Part shown: piece by piece, positions 14,452 through 26,840 of the stretch | How the letters are laid out: the number at the start of each line of letters is the position of its first letter | How positions within the stretch are numbered: the first letter of the stretch is position 1 | Assembly: GCA_044892525.1 (NCBI GenBank) | Contig: CM097885.1 | Span: 51,648,001-51,712,000 of the forward strand | Direction: 5' to 3' | Length of the DNA: 64,000 nucleotides | From: Schmidtea polychroa | Lineage: Eukaryota | Notes under the pieces: generated by a model | Told to the model about the DNA's origin: nothing | Seen by the model: only the letters and a program-made list of their open reading frames with translations | The model's database searches: none | Translations under genes and position numbers: made by a program

Positions 14452-15440
14452 ATGAAAAATATCAACAAATCCAAAAGATTCGGCTGATTTTTGTGAGAAA
14501 AAAAACTGGCAAAAGTAGTAGTTAATTCAAATAAGAAAACTCAAAAATGGTTATCTGATCAAATGGTAAATAGTCTAAAAAAGCAAATGTTGAAGAAATT
14601 TCCCACCCGTAGTTATAAAACAAATCGAGTTGCTGAATTATGCCAAATGGATTTGATGGAAATGATTACATTTTCTAAAATTAATAAGTGATACAAATAA
14701 ATTTTTACATAAATTGATATATTTAGTCGATTCGCATGTACTGTTCCAAAACATACAAAATCTTGACTAAGAATCAGTAAATATATCGATGTTTTTGATA
14801 TATTTACTGATTCATAGTCAAACCTTTTAATAAATACAATGTCAATCGAAAAGAAATCAGTGGTGAAATTTGAAAAAAAAGTTATTAATATAAAAAATCT
14901 GATAATAAAATGGCCGATAAAATGAAATAATTGTTTGCTGATAAAAAGCCTCTAAATTTACAAACTGATTTGAGTAATTAAATTAAATTATTTAAATGAA
15001 ATATTGAATTTAGATAAATAATTTTAAAACAACAAAGGAAAATAAATTATTAAAATAATAAATAATTACTTAGCCTTTTCTTCAATACAGAGCAGCCCAT
15101 GTCGAAATATTTGATCGTACTTCATGAAATAGTTTGAAAAAAGCTTTAGAATATCAAGGAAATAAAACCAGGATACATGTTTTCCTAAAAGTTATTTGAA
15201 GTTACAATTGTGCTGGACATAAAGGGTTTAATGGAATGAGACCAATTGATATTTATTCAACAAATAATATTGATAATTGAATATTGCAACAAGAAATTTC
15301 AAACATGAAAAAGCCTAAATATAACGTAGGGGATTATGTTAGAATAAGGTAAAATTTATTGTTTCTCCATTCATCAAGAACTTCGACAACAATTGGAACG
15401 ATGAAGTAATTCAAATTTCATAAATCATGTAAACAATCAA
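14452..15440 (+). pseudogene. Decayed Maverick/Polinton retroviral-like (c-)integrase
   Basis: Fragments KWLSDQ..KKFPTRSY..CQMDLMEM..FSKINK*YK*IFT*IDIFSRFA, KPLNLQTD, SYN..HKGFNGMRPIDI, KPKYNVGDYVRI and FIKNFDNNWNDEV match Maverick integrase blocks in order. Many stops and frameshifts, plus an insertion at ~14760-14890. Confidence 0.88.
14762..14890 (+). mobile_element. Copy of the hairpin-plus-tail element inserted in the Maverick integrase
   Basis: Same arms and tail as 22936-23082, with the loop in the reverse-complement orientation. Confidence 0.75.
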
Positions 15441-15589
15441 ACAGTAGAAAATTCGGCAAACAAGAATATCAAGTCATTTCAGCTCAATAATCAATAGAAA
15501 TCAATATTCAAGATGATAGTGGAAAATTTAATTAAATTTTTACACGATACCAAAACGAATTTATCATTACACTTTAGAAAAATAAACGA

Positions 15590-15800
15590 ATAAAGATTTT
15601 TGTGAATTTGTCTAGTAATATCTGTCAATTTACTCATCCGACAAATGATTCTATTAAATTTAATGTCAAATTTCACAATCCTATTTACTTGGATGGTGAA
15701 TGGGAAGTGACTCTCATGGATTTTACCTTTGTGAATAATAATTTTCCCTTTTATAATAATTCAAATATTAAATACAGTAAGTGCATTACAAACAAATTAT
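15590..15800 (+). pseudogene. Maverick minor capsid (penton-like) protein, N-terminal remnant
   Basis: VNLSSN..HPTNDSIKFNVKFHNPIYLDGEWEVTLMDF fits the Maverick F.v.LpSN...P.N..s.F...l...i.LdGeWEV.L pattern, and it lies directly downstream of the integrase. A possible continuation is at 16895-17010 (KVQFSKRLAHSL). Confidence 0.75.
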
Positions 15801-16054
15801 GAATAAATTAACTTTTACATAGCAAAAAATGAATATGCAACTAGCCACGAATTTCCAATTTATTTAATATATATTGATTAAAATATTTAAAACATTAATT
15901 ATAAACATTAAAATAGTATTTGACAGGTTTAAAGATGCTCGAAAGTTGGGATTGGGAAAAGAAGTAACTTTTACTGACAAATTGAATTAAACAAAAATTT
16001 CTCCGAATAACAACAAAAGAAAGCTTGATACAATTTGATTAACTATACATTATT

Positions 16055-16812
16055 TTTAGTATGTGGCTATTTATACATACAGTATGTATACGCAATTGGC
16101 TATTTATACTTACTGTATCATGTTGGCTATTTATACTTACTGTATCATGTTGTTGAAAATGTTATGAAATGCGGAGATGACGAATGTGAATGTGTTAATA
16201 AATTTTAGTTTGAGTGTATATTTAAAGTATAATATTGAGAATTTCTTTGTTAAAGTTTTGCCTTGAATATTTTTAGCAGTACCTTTGCGATTATTACCTT
16301 TACGAGCAGTACCCATGGGGGGACAGAATATCTTGTCGGATAAACTCTGTCTATATAATAATAATAAAAATAAGTATGTATACGCAATTGGCTATTTATA
16401 CATACTGAATGTATAAGAAATTGGCTATTTATGAAATGCGGAGATGACGAATGTGAATGTGTTAATAAATTTTAGTTTGAGTGTATATTTAAAGTATAAT
16501 ATTGAGAATTTCTTTGTTAAAGGTTTGCCTTGAATATTTTTAGCAGTACCTTTGCGACTATTACCCTTACGAGCAGTACCCATAAAGGGACAGAATATCT
16601 TGTCGGATAAACTCTGACTATATAATAATAATAAAATAAGTATGTATAGCCACATCCAATAATTATTCATAAATTATAAGGCCGGTTTTAATCGGTTTAG
16701 TATGTGGCTATTTATACATACAGTATGTATAAATAGCCAATTGCGTATACATACAGTATGTATAAATAGCCAATTGCGTATACATACTGTATGTATAAAT
16801 AGCCACATACTT
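16055..16812 (-). repeat. Composite repeat: 267-bp direct duplication plus palindromic TATACATACAGTATGTATA units
   Basis: 16163-16400 is repeated at 16430-16650; 16698-16812 is a self-inverted array of 33-bp units. It contains two copies of the Maverick-associated motif in minus orientation. Confidence 0.85.
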
Positions 16813-17243
16813 ATTTTTATGATATCGAATATACAGAAACATTTAAAAAAAGTTTATTCATTATTGATTTGTCACAATTTAATGATCAATTAATAACCAT
16901 ATTACCATTTCCATATGAATATAGTGAAATTCAAAGGAAAATAGTCAAAATTGAATTATTAGATGATGTTGGTAAAGTTCAATTTAGTAAACGATTGGCT
17001 CATAGTTTAGAATAATATACTAATACAATTATTATGGGAGTATACAAACCAGAAATAATGCAACATAATCAACAATAATGATCTGTACAAATACAATGTC
17101 AATGTAAAAGAAATCAGTGGTGAAATTTGAAAAAAAAAGTTCATATAAAAATATCATTAAACAGATTAAAATATTTTTTATCGATGTCTAACAATAAAAT
17201 GAGATAAATATTACAAGCTTTGTGATACCCAGTGCAAATCCCA

Positions 17244-17285
17244 ATAGTTGACTAGTTTCGAGCTTTTGGCTCTCATCAGTACTAT
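17244..17285 (-). ncRNA. Minimal type I hammerhead ribozyme (copy 1)
   Basis: Minus strand: ATAGTA-CTGATGA-GAGC CAAAA GCTC-GAAA-CTAG-TC-AACTAT. Canonical core, GUC cleavage site, palindromic helix III (ACTAGT), one mismatch in helix I. Confidence 0.88.
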
Positions 17286-17613
17286 ACATGAGACGCGAAG
17301 ATTTCTCTTCGCACCAGGTAAGTATACAATATTGCTGATTCAACTCTATTGCATACTTTACCTGCTACACTGGAAATCACATCACTTGCAAATTCGCTAA
17401 ATCACAGAAACAAATATCTGAAAACTTGTAAACATGGCGTATGAAAAATCATATTCGCCTCTGGAGACACCATCATACACAGAAACTGTTTACAAATGCA
17501 TCCGTAAACCTTTAGCATTTTAAACTTGTAATCGATTAACATATTTTTTACGGATTTCTAACAATAAAATAATATAAACATTACAAGCTTTGTGATACCC
17601 AGTGCAAATCCCA

Positions 17614-17655
17614 ATAGTAAACTAGTTTCGAGCTTTTGGCTCACATCAGTACTAT
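17614..17655 (-). ncRNA. Hammerhead ribozyme copy 2 (mutated core)
   Basis: ATAGTA-CTGATGT-GAGC CAAAA GCTC-GAAA-CTAG-TT-TACTAT: helix I is perfect, but A9>T and C17>T. Confidence 0.75.
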
Positions 17656-19143
17656 GCATGAGACTCGAAGATTTCTCTTCGCACCAGGTAAGTATACAAT
17701 ATTGCTGATTCTTTACTTGCTGATACTTTACCTGCAACACTGGAAATCTCATCACTTGCAAATTCGCTAAATAACAGAAACAAATATCTGCAAACTTGTA
17801 AATATAAAATCATGTAAACAGTTTCTGTGTATGACAGTGTTTCCAGAGGCGAATATGATTTTTTATTTTTTATATATATAATATCTCTTATTTTATTAAA
17901 TTATTAAATAATTTCTTTAATTTTGTAATACTAAATTTATTACAACTCACCCATTTTATAAGTTTTCAAGAACTATTAATTTTTTATTTAAGCACAGATA
18001 ATAATGTATTTATCATTTAAAACAAAATTATAAAGAAAACAATTTTTAAATAAATAAATCTAATTCATATATTTGAAGATATACATATTCTAGCAAATTA
18101 GGAAAACTCAGTGTTCCATAAGTGTAAAATAATTAACGCTTCTTTTGTTAGTTTGATAATTAAATTATCCTTTAATATGGTTTACGAATTCATTCTCGTC
18201 AACCACTACATAGTCGGCAACAAGGAAAGTTAAGGAAGTTTTTATAAAAAATCTTTAGAGCAAAATATCAAATAACAATAAAGGTATCTGTAAATAAGGA
18301 AATCAAGTTAATTTGCAGTGAGAAAAAATTCTTGTAATATCCTCTATATTACAACAATTTTATTAAAAATTATTATATTATATTTACTAATTGATAATAT
18401 TATTACTAATACTGAATTAATTTTGTTTAAAATTTATTTTACATATTTTAAAATTATTTAATAATTAATATAATTTTATTTAACATTGACATAATTTTTT
18501 TAACATTTAATTTATTTTCATTACGGTTATAGAGAAAAAGTATTTTCCTATCTAATATAAATTAATGACACGATTAATTATTTTTAAAAAAAGTAAATAA
18601 CGCTCCATAAAAATTCCTACCGAAAATTTCTATTACATAAGAAAAATAATTTTTTAGAAAAAGAAAAAAGATAAAATTAAGAATTTTGCTGATAGACAAA
18701 TGTTAACAAATTACGAAGTTTCAACTGAATGAGATAAATAACAGAAGTTTATCGGTTTTTCATGAACATCTTCCGAACACATCGATATTGTAAAAAATTC
18801 TAGAAAAACTTAAGATAAAGGAAAATGGCTCGTTTTCACAATGCAACAATCGTGTAATGTGTTTTGTGTTTTGGTAACTTAAACAAATATTATAAAATAG
18901 ATTATTTATTTCAATATTAAAAGTATATTTTGAATAAGAAAAAATTAACTGTATATATAAAGATCCCTCCAAAAGTTGAAGTAGGGTTGGCTAGTATCTT
19001 GGGCCCAGAAAGGTATGATGACATATAGTAATATATAATAAATTAATTAATCAATTACTTGAATTTTCAATAGTATTTGCTAATAGTATTTTGACATTTG
19101 ATTTGTCTTGGGTTATTATGAAGAATTTGGAAAGCCCTTATAT

Positions 19144-19774
19144 CAGTGGCGTGTGTACAGTAAAATGAGGCCCTAGGTGGACATCTTTTTGAGGGTTTAT
19201 TGAACATTACACTTAGAGTAGACTATTTGTGTTTAGCCTTAGCCTATGTTCAAAAGGTTGTCTAAAAACTCGAATTTGAAATAGAAGCCGTTTTGTGATT
19301 TTAAAAATTATTTTAAAAATTATTTTGTTTATAGAAAATATTTTTAAGGAATGTGATACGATTTGATTTTAGTGAAAAAGCATGAAAAGCAACTCGTTTG
19401 TTAAAATGATTGTAATACGTTATGTTTATAACATTATAATGTCAAGTTTCATTTCAAAAAATTAAAATTGAATATCTGTTACTTTTTTACCAACTAGTAT
19501 AATAGTCAAAAATAACGTTATAGAAATAGAAGAGAATATAGATTATAGAGTTAAAGTTGCAAAACATAAGAATTAAAAATTTCAACAAAAAATGTTTTTG
19601 GTACATTATGCATGGGTATAAGGTAAGGTATTATTTACAATAAGTCATTAAAGTCAAATTTCACAGTTGCTAATTTAAATTTAAAAATTTTTAATTTATT
19701 TCGTTTGTTTGGGGGGTCTTCAAGATTTTGGGCCCTTAGGTGCGTGCCTAGTGCTCATATGCGTAAACGCGCCA
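19144..19774. mobile_element. Degenerate hAT-like non-autonomous element
   Basis: Left end CAGTGGCGTG..GGCCCTAGG, right end GGCCCTTAGG..AAACGCGCCA; no clear TSD. Confidence 0.4.
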
Positions 19775-20938
19775 AATATTAATTGACTAATTTAATTAAT
19801 TAATTAATTATAATGAGGACTAGATTTCAAAAATTATTCACATATTGCATTGATTAGTGGGGTGATGTAGAATGTAAATAAATAAAGCAATGGAAAAATT
19901 ATTTCGTTTTCCGATATTCATTAATAATATAATACATTTTTTATAAAATTATGGCGACAGCCTAAGAAAATTTATTAATGCAAAGCGATTGCCTTGACGA
20001 ATGAACAATAAAAAAGCTTCATATCGAAATACATTATGTGTACAATGGATTGTAAAGTTTTAATTATTCAGATAAAAAAAATCAGATTTTAAATATGGAT
20101 TGAACAAAAGAGGTAACTAATTCTTCGATATCGTTAATAAATATAAATTAATTTTAGTGTATTATAGAAATAATAAAAATAAATGTGAACAAAGTATTTT
20201 GATTAAAATAATTTTATAAATCAAAAATAATTTTAAAGAAAAATGAATGAAAGAATATGCAAAACTTTATTATTTTTTAAATGACATATTTTTATGACAA
20301 AAATACAATTTTGTCTTTTGATGGACGAACGAGTATTTGATTCAAAAATAGTTGACAGTTGTATTATTTGTTGTATTTTTCTTACTTCATTTTTAAGACC
20401 TGTTATTTTTTTCTTACAGTTCAAAGATAAAGGTTATTGAGAAATGTTGAAGCAAATTTGGTAGACGTCATTCTATTTAAATATTTCTTAGCCATTTGTA
20501 TATATTTATTAACTTTTAGTGTAATTTTAAAATTTACTTAATTTACATATTCAAAATTGACAGATAAATAATAAACTGTAGCAAGAAAGTAAGAGTCACA
20601 AACAATTTGGTGTTTACCTTATAAATATTTTGGATACGCAAATTCATTTTGATAAATTATCTTTAATAAACCATTCGAAAAATAAAAATTCGTAATTATA
20701 TAATTTCATAAATCATTAATTAAATTATTTAATGAAATAAAAACTTAAATTTTAACCAATAAAGGACTTTTTGCAAATAACGTGCTTTATTGTTTAATCT
20801 CTAAAATCTGATGCTGAGACTTCCAGTCTGAAATTATTATCATATTTTATTGACAATCATCGTAGATAAATGTTACTAGCTGTCTGTCATCTACTTATTC
20901 CTGTAGTATTTTTGATAAAAATCTTTCAGAATATCATA

Positions 20939-21372
20939 AATATTTATTTTATATTTTTAGTACTAGAAATATTTATTCAACAAAACGTTAAATGACTTAT
21001 ATGAATTATATATGTAAATTATTAAATTATAAATACATTAAATTAAATTTTAAAAATTTTAACTTTAGTTTAAGTTGTATATACTTTTCTATTCTAACAT
21101 TTTTCACATGTTTCTACAAAAATCTACTTAATACATTTCAAAAAATCTAACAATTAATATTTATTTTATATTTTTAGTACTAGAAATATTTATTCAACAA
21201 AAAGTTAAATGACTTATATGAATTATATATGTAAATTATTAAATTATAAATACATTAAATTAAATTTTAAAAATTTTAACTTTAGTTTTAGTTGTATATA
21301 CTTTTCTATTCTAACAGTTTTCACATGTTTCTACAATAATCTACTTAATACATATCAAAAAATCTAACAATT
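20939..21372 (+). repeat. Tandem duplication, two copies of ~217 bp
   Basis: The sequence starting at 20939 recurs at 21156. Confidence 0.92.
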
Positions 21373-21567
21373 TAGACATTAAAATACTTTTAAAAATCCA
21401 AATCAAAAAAATTCAATTTAGAAATTTAAATATGAAAAAATTTATACATCTTTTAAAATTTAATTGCTTTTCAAATTTACTAAACTTTGATTATTTGAAA
21501 TTAATTTTGAGTCTGATGCTTTAGATAAACTTTAAATAAATTGTCGAACGCGGAATTATTTATATAA

Positions 21568-22227
21568 AGGATCGATTTAAGTGCTAAGTTATTTTAAATG
21601 AAAGCTAAGTAAAAAATTCCATTATTCTAAGTAATTTATAAATAAATCTAAGCAAAAAAGAAATATTTGCTAAGTTTTTAAAAAATATAGTAAAAATACA
21701 GTAAATAATATTATTGAACAGTTAATCGATTAATAAATCTTTTGTTGCTTTTCGTGGTCGTCCTCGTTTTTTTCTCACCTAAAGGTACATCCTTTGCTAC
21801 TGCAAAATTTCAATCTAATGGCATTTCAATTACATGTTTTACAATTATATTCTTTAAGAAAATTTGTACAATTGCAAAATTCAATTATTCCATTCTGATC
21901 CAATATCCGACAACATCCCTTTTCATATTCCATACTGATCAAACGACGTCCATTTCTTTTTTTTTGCATCTTTGGATTTCATATTTTGTGATTCTTTCTG
22001 CTTCACCAGCTGGTATATAGTAATCGGTAAAACCTTTGTTTTCGATGGATATTGTAATACTAGTTTTGAAGATTTTGCGAAATGATATGCATTAGTCTCT
22101 TTTTTGAGCGGAATCAACATTATTAAATCTATTAAACATCGAACTTATTTACTAAGCATATACACATTTTACTTAGCATAAATCAACTTAGCTTTTATTT
22201 AAAATACTTAGGACTTGAATATGTGCC
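21568..22227 (-). mobile_element. MULE-like remnant with SWIM zinc finger/AT-hook fragment and TIRs
   Basis: Minus-strand pieces CNCTNFLKEYNCK.HVI..AKDVPLGEKK.RGRPRKA; imperfect ~40-bp inverted ends (..AAGT(G/C)CTAAGT..TTTTAAAT.AAAGCTAAGT). Confidence 0.6.
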
Positions 22228-22935
22228 TTAGTAAAAATGTATGTGAAAAACACGAAAAAATAGAAAGGTTTAACCAGAAAGGAAGAGATAGAGTTTCAAA
22301 CATAAACTAAGTTTTGTATTGTAAATAAATCGTACCTATTTTAGATAATATTTGAATTAACGCTTGCGAAATTGAAATTTTTATTTAATTGAATATATCT
22401 TTAAATTATTCCTATTTCGACAATAATATGTTATTATTATTACGATTAGTATTGTTTATATTATTGTTCATAAATAATAATTTATAATGATAAAAAGATT
22501 ATTGGGCGTGCAATGAAGTAAAGTAAGTATGTAATCTGTATGAATAATAACCTATGACCCATGGGTCAGACACTAACACACGCAACGAATTCATAAAATA
22601 ATTTATAAAATAATAATCATACGAATTTATCTTCTTAGATGACAACTATGTTTCTTAGATATAACCAATCTTTCAAACCCTTTCTGCATCAATTAAAAGA
22701 AATAACCCAACTTTTGTGCTTTAAATCCTTTTTTAATGTACTAGTTTATTTATGTTAGGTTTTTAAAATGATTTGATATCAATTTTTAAACTTTTAGTTA
22801 TGTCATTTTTTGACTTACTAATTTGTTACTAAATAATAATTCAAAATAGTGATATACATGCCGAAAAGGAAGGTGTTAACAAATATAACCCTGAAATGAT
22901 TAGGATTGTTATCGATTTTTCAAATAATAATAATA

Positions 22936-23082
22936 ATGTATTTATTAAAAATATTGACTATGAATCAGTAAATATATCAAAAACATGGATTTATTTACTG
23001 ATTCATAGTCAAGCTTCTTAATAAATACAATGTCAATTGAAAAGAAATCAGTGGTGAAATTTGAAAAAAAGTTCTTATAATA
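22936..23082 (+). mobile_element. Small hairpin-plus-tail dispersed element next to (AAT)n
   Basis: TTGACTATGAATCAGTAAATATATC-loop-GAT(T/A)TATTTACTGATTCATAGTCAA followed by the tail AAAGAAATCAGTGGTGAAATTTGAAAAAAAGTTCTTATAATA. Other copies at 14762-14890, 57165-57303, 39825-39962(-) and a partial one at 17088-17147. Confidence 0.8.
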
Positions 23083-23083
23083 C

Positions 23084-23158
<75 letters not shown>

Positions 23159-24527
23159 ACTACTACTAAATTCTCAATATTCGAAGTAAGTTAGGACATA
23201 AATATTTTTCGAAGTTAGCAATAAAATATTCAAGAGAAGTAAATTTTATATATTAAGTGTCAATGTTCCATTTTCATTTATATTGCTACAAGCAATTATT
23301 TTCAGTATAGACAACAAGAAAATAAAAGTTCTATTTGTGATAGATGGTGAATATTAAATTTAACATTTACTGATAGCCTTTAAAAAATTTAATTTGCAGT
23401 TTATTATTTTATGAAAATTGATTGTTTAATGTTAAAATTAAAATAGACTGTCATAATTACCAAATAGTCAACTGCCAATGGATATGTCTTGACTGTCGGC
23501 ACCATCGCATTTATCCAATGTGGTTTGCGAAAGAAATCTTAAATTCACTTTTAACAAATATATTTACCACATAACGATTTTAGTAAACAAAAAAAAGAAA
23601 AAAAAATCAATATTGGATGAACGAATACAATTTTGTCAAAAAATATTTATTATAATACCGAGAAAATTTATTTATAAATTTCACTCAAACATTACATCTC
23701 ATGTTTTAAATATTTTGTTACTGATGTTTGTTTAATTAGTTTCTTGAAATTCTTTCAATTCCAAATTCAACGAAACACGAAATAAAAAAAATTTATTCGA
23801 ATTATTTCCCCCGCAAATCTAGTGAATTTAATTCATTTTTATTGCTGTCAACAAAACTTTTTAACATCTGTAAAATTTCATTTTTTTTCTTTTGAAATAA
23901 AAACATTAAATATTAATTAGATTTCGATGTGCATTTGAAATATTACGGAAAAATATTTGGTATTTTGTTGAGGCTTTAGGATGCTCTGCCAATAATGCTA
24001 TAGTTAATTTTTTTACATGATATATTTTACATAATTATTTTTACATCAGCAAAATAATCGGCTTTCTTTACGTGGACCAGTAATAATATTGTTCTCTAAA
24101 ATTGATATTGCAAAAATGTATGAACAACTAGAAAAATAATGTTTTATTTATTTACATAAAGTATATTAAAGTATATACAGTAGTAAGGAAGTACATAAAA
24201 TTATTAGTTAGGATCAGTGCAATGAATGTTAAATGAGTACCTATCTAGACCAAGGAAAAGTAATGGGAAGTGTTTGCAAACTTGTACTATCATTACAAAT
24301 TACAATGCAAAGGTTAGCGCAACATTTTCAAAATTTTCACAGATCTCAATTTGAATTGCTGAACAGCAGTTGAAAAGTTTTAGAAATTCATTTTATCTGT
24401 TATATTTGCGATTAAAGTTAATAAATATTTTGATTAGTAAAAACAATAAATAATATAAAAATAATAGTATTTTAAATAATATTATTTTAATAATAAATAA
24501 ATTAAATATTTTCTATATTTAATACTT

Positions 24528-24599
<72 letters not shown>

Positions 24600-25449
24600 G
24601 AAAGTATATTTTAAAAAATTTCGTTTCAGAAAAGAGGATCTGTGGCAAAAATTGTATTTAGAAAATGGTCAAAAATACAAATAAGCTGCAGTAGAAGTAA
24701 CAAAAATAATACTATCTGACTAATTTATTTCAATAAAACAACTCGAGATTAAATAGTAATGATTGATGGAAATTAGAGATATATAAGAATAAAATAAATA
24801 TTTTTTAATGATTCCAATTTTTTATTTCATTTATACTTTTTATATTTAATTTTTAGTGTTATCTATTTCTTTACAACGTTTAGTATATCATTATTATTAT
24901 ATTATATATGTTTACATTTAAGAATAATAGTAAACACAATAATATAAACTCATTAGGTTTCAATTTTTCACTTCAGAAAAATGTCTATAATGTATCTAAA
25001 TCTAATATTGGGATATTTAATTATATATGTAAGATGTATTTATATAAACTATTCATATTTATAGTATTTATATTTGATTATTTGAATGTTGTGGTATGTT
25101 GAAATTGAATGTTGAAATTGTTCGAAATATTATTTGGATTTGAATTAATTCCCCAGAAATGAATTTAGAAAATATGTTGTTTAAATAATATATAATTATT
25201 AATATATAAGTGGCCCGCGGAGTTATGATACATTTCAAAAGGGGCGTCCAAGATCATTTGGGTTGGCCACCCCAGATTTAGACAATTTATCTCAAAATTT
25301 AGATATGAGAAAACTTCTCAGGATATAAATTTATTTGAATAATAACTGAACATTACAAAATAAAAATAAAACTAAACAAGATCTTCCTAAAACTATCAAT
25401 AATCACAGGTACAAAATAATTACTAAAGAAATATGTTTGCTATTATTTA

Positions 25450-25810
25450 CAATATTAATCTTCGAGGTTGCTTTTTAATTTCAAATATTACTTCTTCGGG
25501 TGTTATATTTACTTCCCAATGAATATTTAAAGTTGCTAATCAATTTAATCTAGATTCGCCAGATTCGCTTATCATAAGCTCATTATCAATAGCTTGAATA
25601 TCTTTGAATATCCTTTTCTTCGGGCGTTGGACATTTCCAGTCGGAATTAGGCTTGAAATGACTCCAAAATTATCTTTAGTTTAATAAATCTAGTATTCAT
25701 TTCTGAATCAACATAGTCCAAGAATGGTACAAAATATTTCTGTTATAATATTGTTCTGATGAATTTCTACGACGTTGCTTCTATGAATTTGTTGTCCAGT
25801 TATTCTTGGT
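25450..25810 (-). pseudogene. hAT (P52rIPK/ZMYM1-like) transposase C-terminal remnant
   Basis: EQYYNRNIxVPFLDYVDSEMNTRF and RLNxLATLNIHWEVNITPEEVI..KQPRRL. Confidence 0.7.
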
Positions 25811-26083
25811 TAAATTTTAATTAGATTCATTTCTAAATATTTATTTATTGGAAAATTCTCTCATTTATTTCCTACTTAAAACAAATTGAATTTTATTATT
25901 AATTACACTTTTCTTTGACATTACCGATTTAAGAATATTATGTAATATATATTTTGGAAATTGATTTAATTATTTACTTATAATTAAAAATATATCTGAC
26001 TTGCATTATATCAAAGTAATTCTAAAATAATAATCATAACATAAATTTAATAAAATTCCTTAAACACCTGAAAATTAATTAAA

Positions 26084-26122
<39 letters not shown>

Positions 26123-26639
26123 TTTTATTGTTAAATTAAATAATAAAGCAATTACTTTATTATTTTCACGTATAATAAAAATTATTGATTATTAATGTAA
26201 TATATAATTATTATGTTAATTTTAAATATATTAAATTACATATTTATATATTTATATATCTATATATACATACATTCTTAAAATTTATATATAAAATTAA
26301 TAAATTAATTCATACTCACTAGAATAGATTAAAAGTTGTGGGGGTCTATCAGTGACGATTAAGCTTTATATTACATGAATCGAATAATTAATAGTTTAAA
26401 AAAATGAATGTTGGTTCAATATTTCGTGATAAATAATTGTAGCGTTAGAAGTGACTTCTGAATATATGACTTGACGAATGAAAATTGTGCTGATTCTGTT
26501 AATCTTGGGGGGATCGAGGCTCGTTGGCTTCCATTTAGTTGCATTTAGTTGATTCTTAATATTTTGGGTTTCTAATAAATTCATTAAATTTCTTTGAAAA
26601 CACAATCAAACTTTGTTTTAATAATAATATTTCTTTCTT

Positions 26640-26840
26640 CAACTCGTGAAATAATTTTCAAAATTTCTATCTTTCTTACCAATCTTAATAAAAATATCTG
26701 GTCTCTAAAAAATGATAAAAACCAATTTTCTAAAAACCATATTTTTAGAAAAAATATCTCCCGCTTCAAATAATAAAAAAAAACTTTCCAAAACTTTTAC
26801 AATTCTTCATTTTGACACAACCAACTTACTGATTGTTCTT
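26640..26840 (+). pseudogene. Possible Penelope-like GIY-YIG endonuclease C-terminal remnant
   Basis: TNLNKNIWSLKND..F..LEKISP..N.KK..ILHFD..NLL loosely follows the PLE T.LSK.IW.LK..IL.K..PY..LLN pattern. Confidence 0.4.

Larger units (their letters stand above)
17167..17862 (-). mobile_element. 370-bp tandem repeat, each unit carrying a hammerhead ribozyme (retrozyme/Penelope pLTR-like), with a short inverted terminal segment
   Basis: 17221 and 17591 begin identical sequence (period 370). 17812-17862 is the reverse complement of 17445-17495. Another fragment lies at 11377-11425. Confidence 0.8.
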
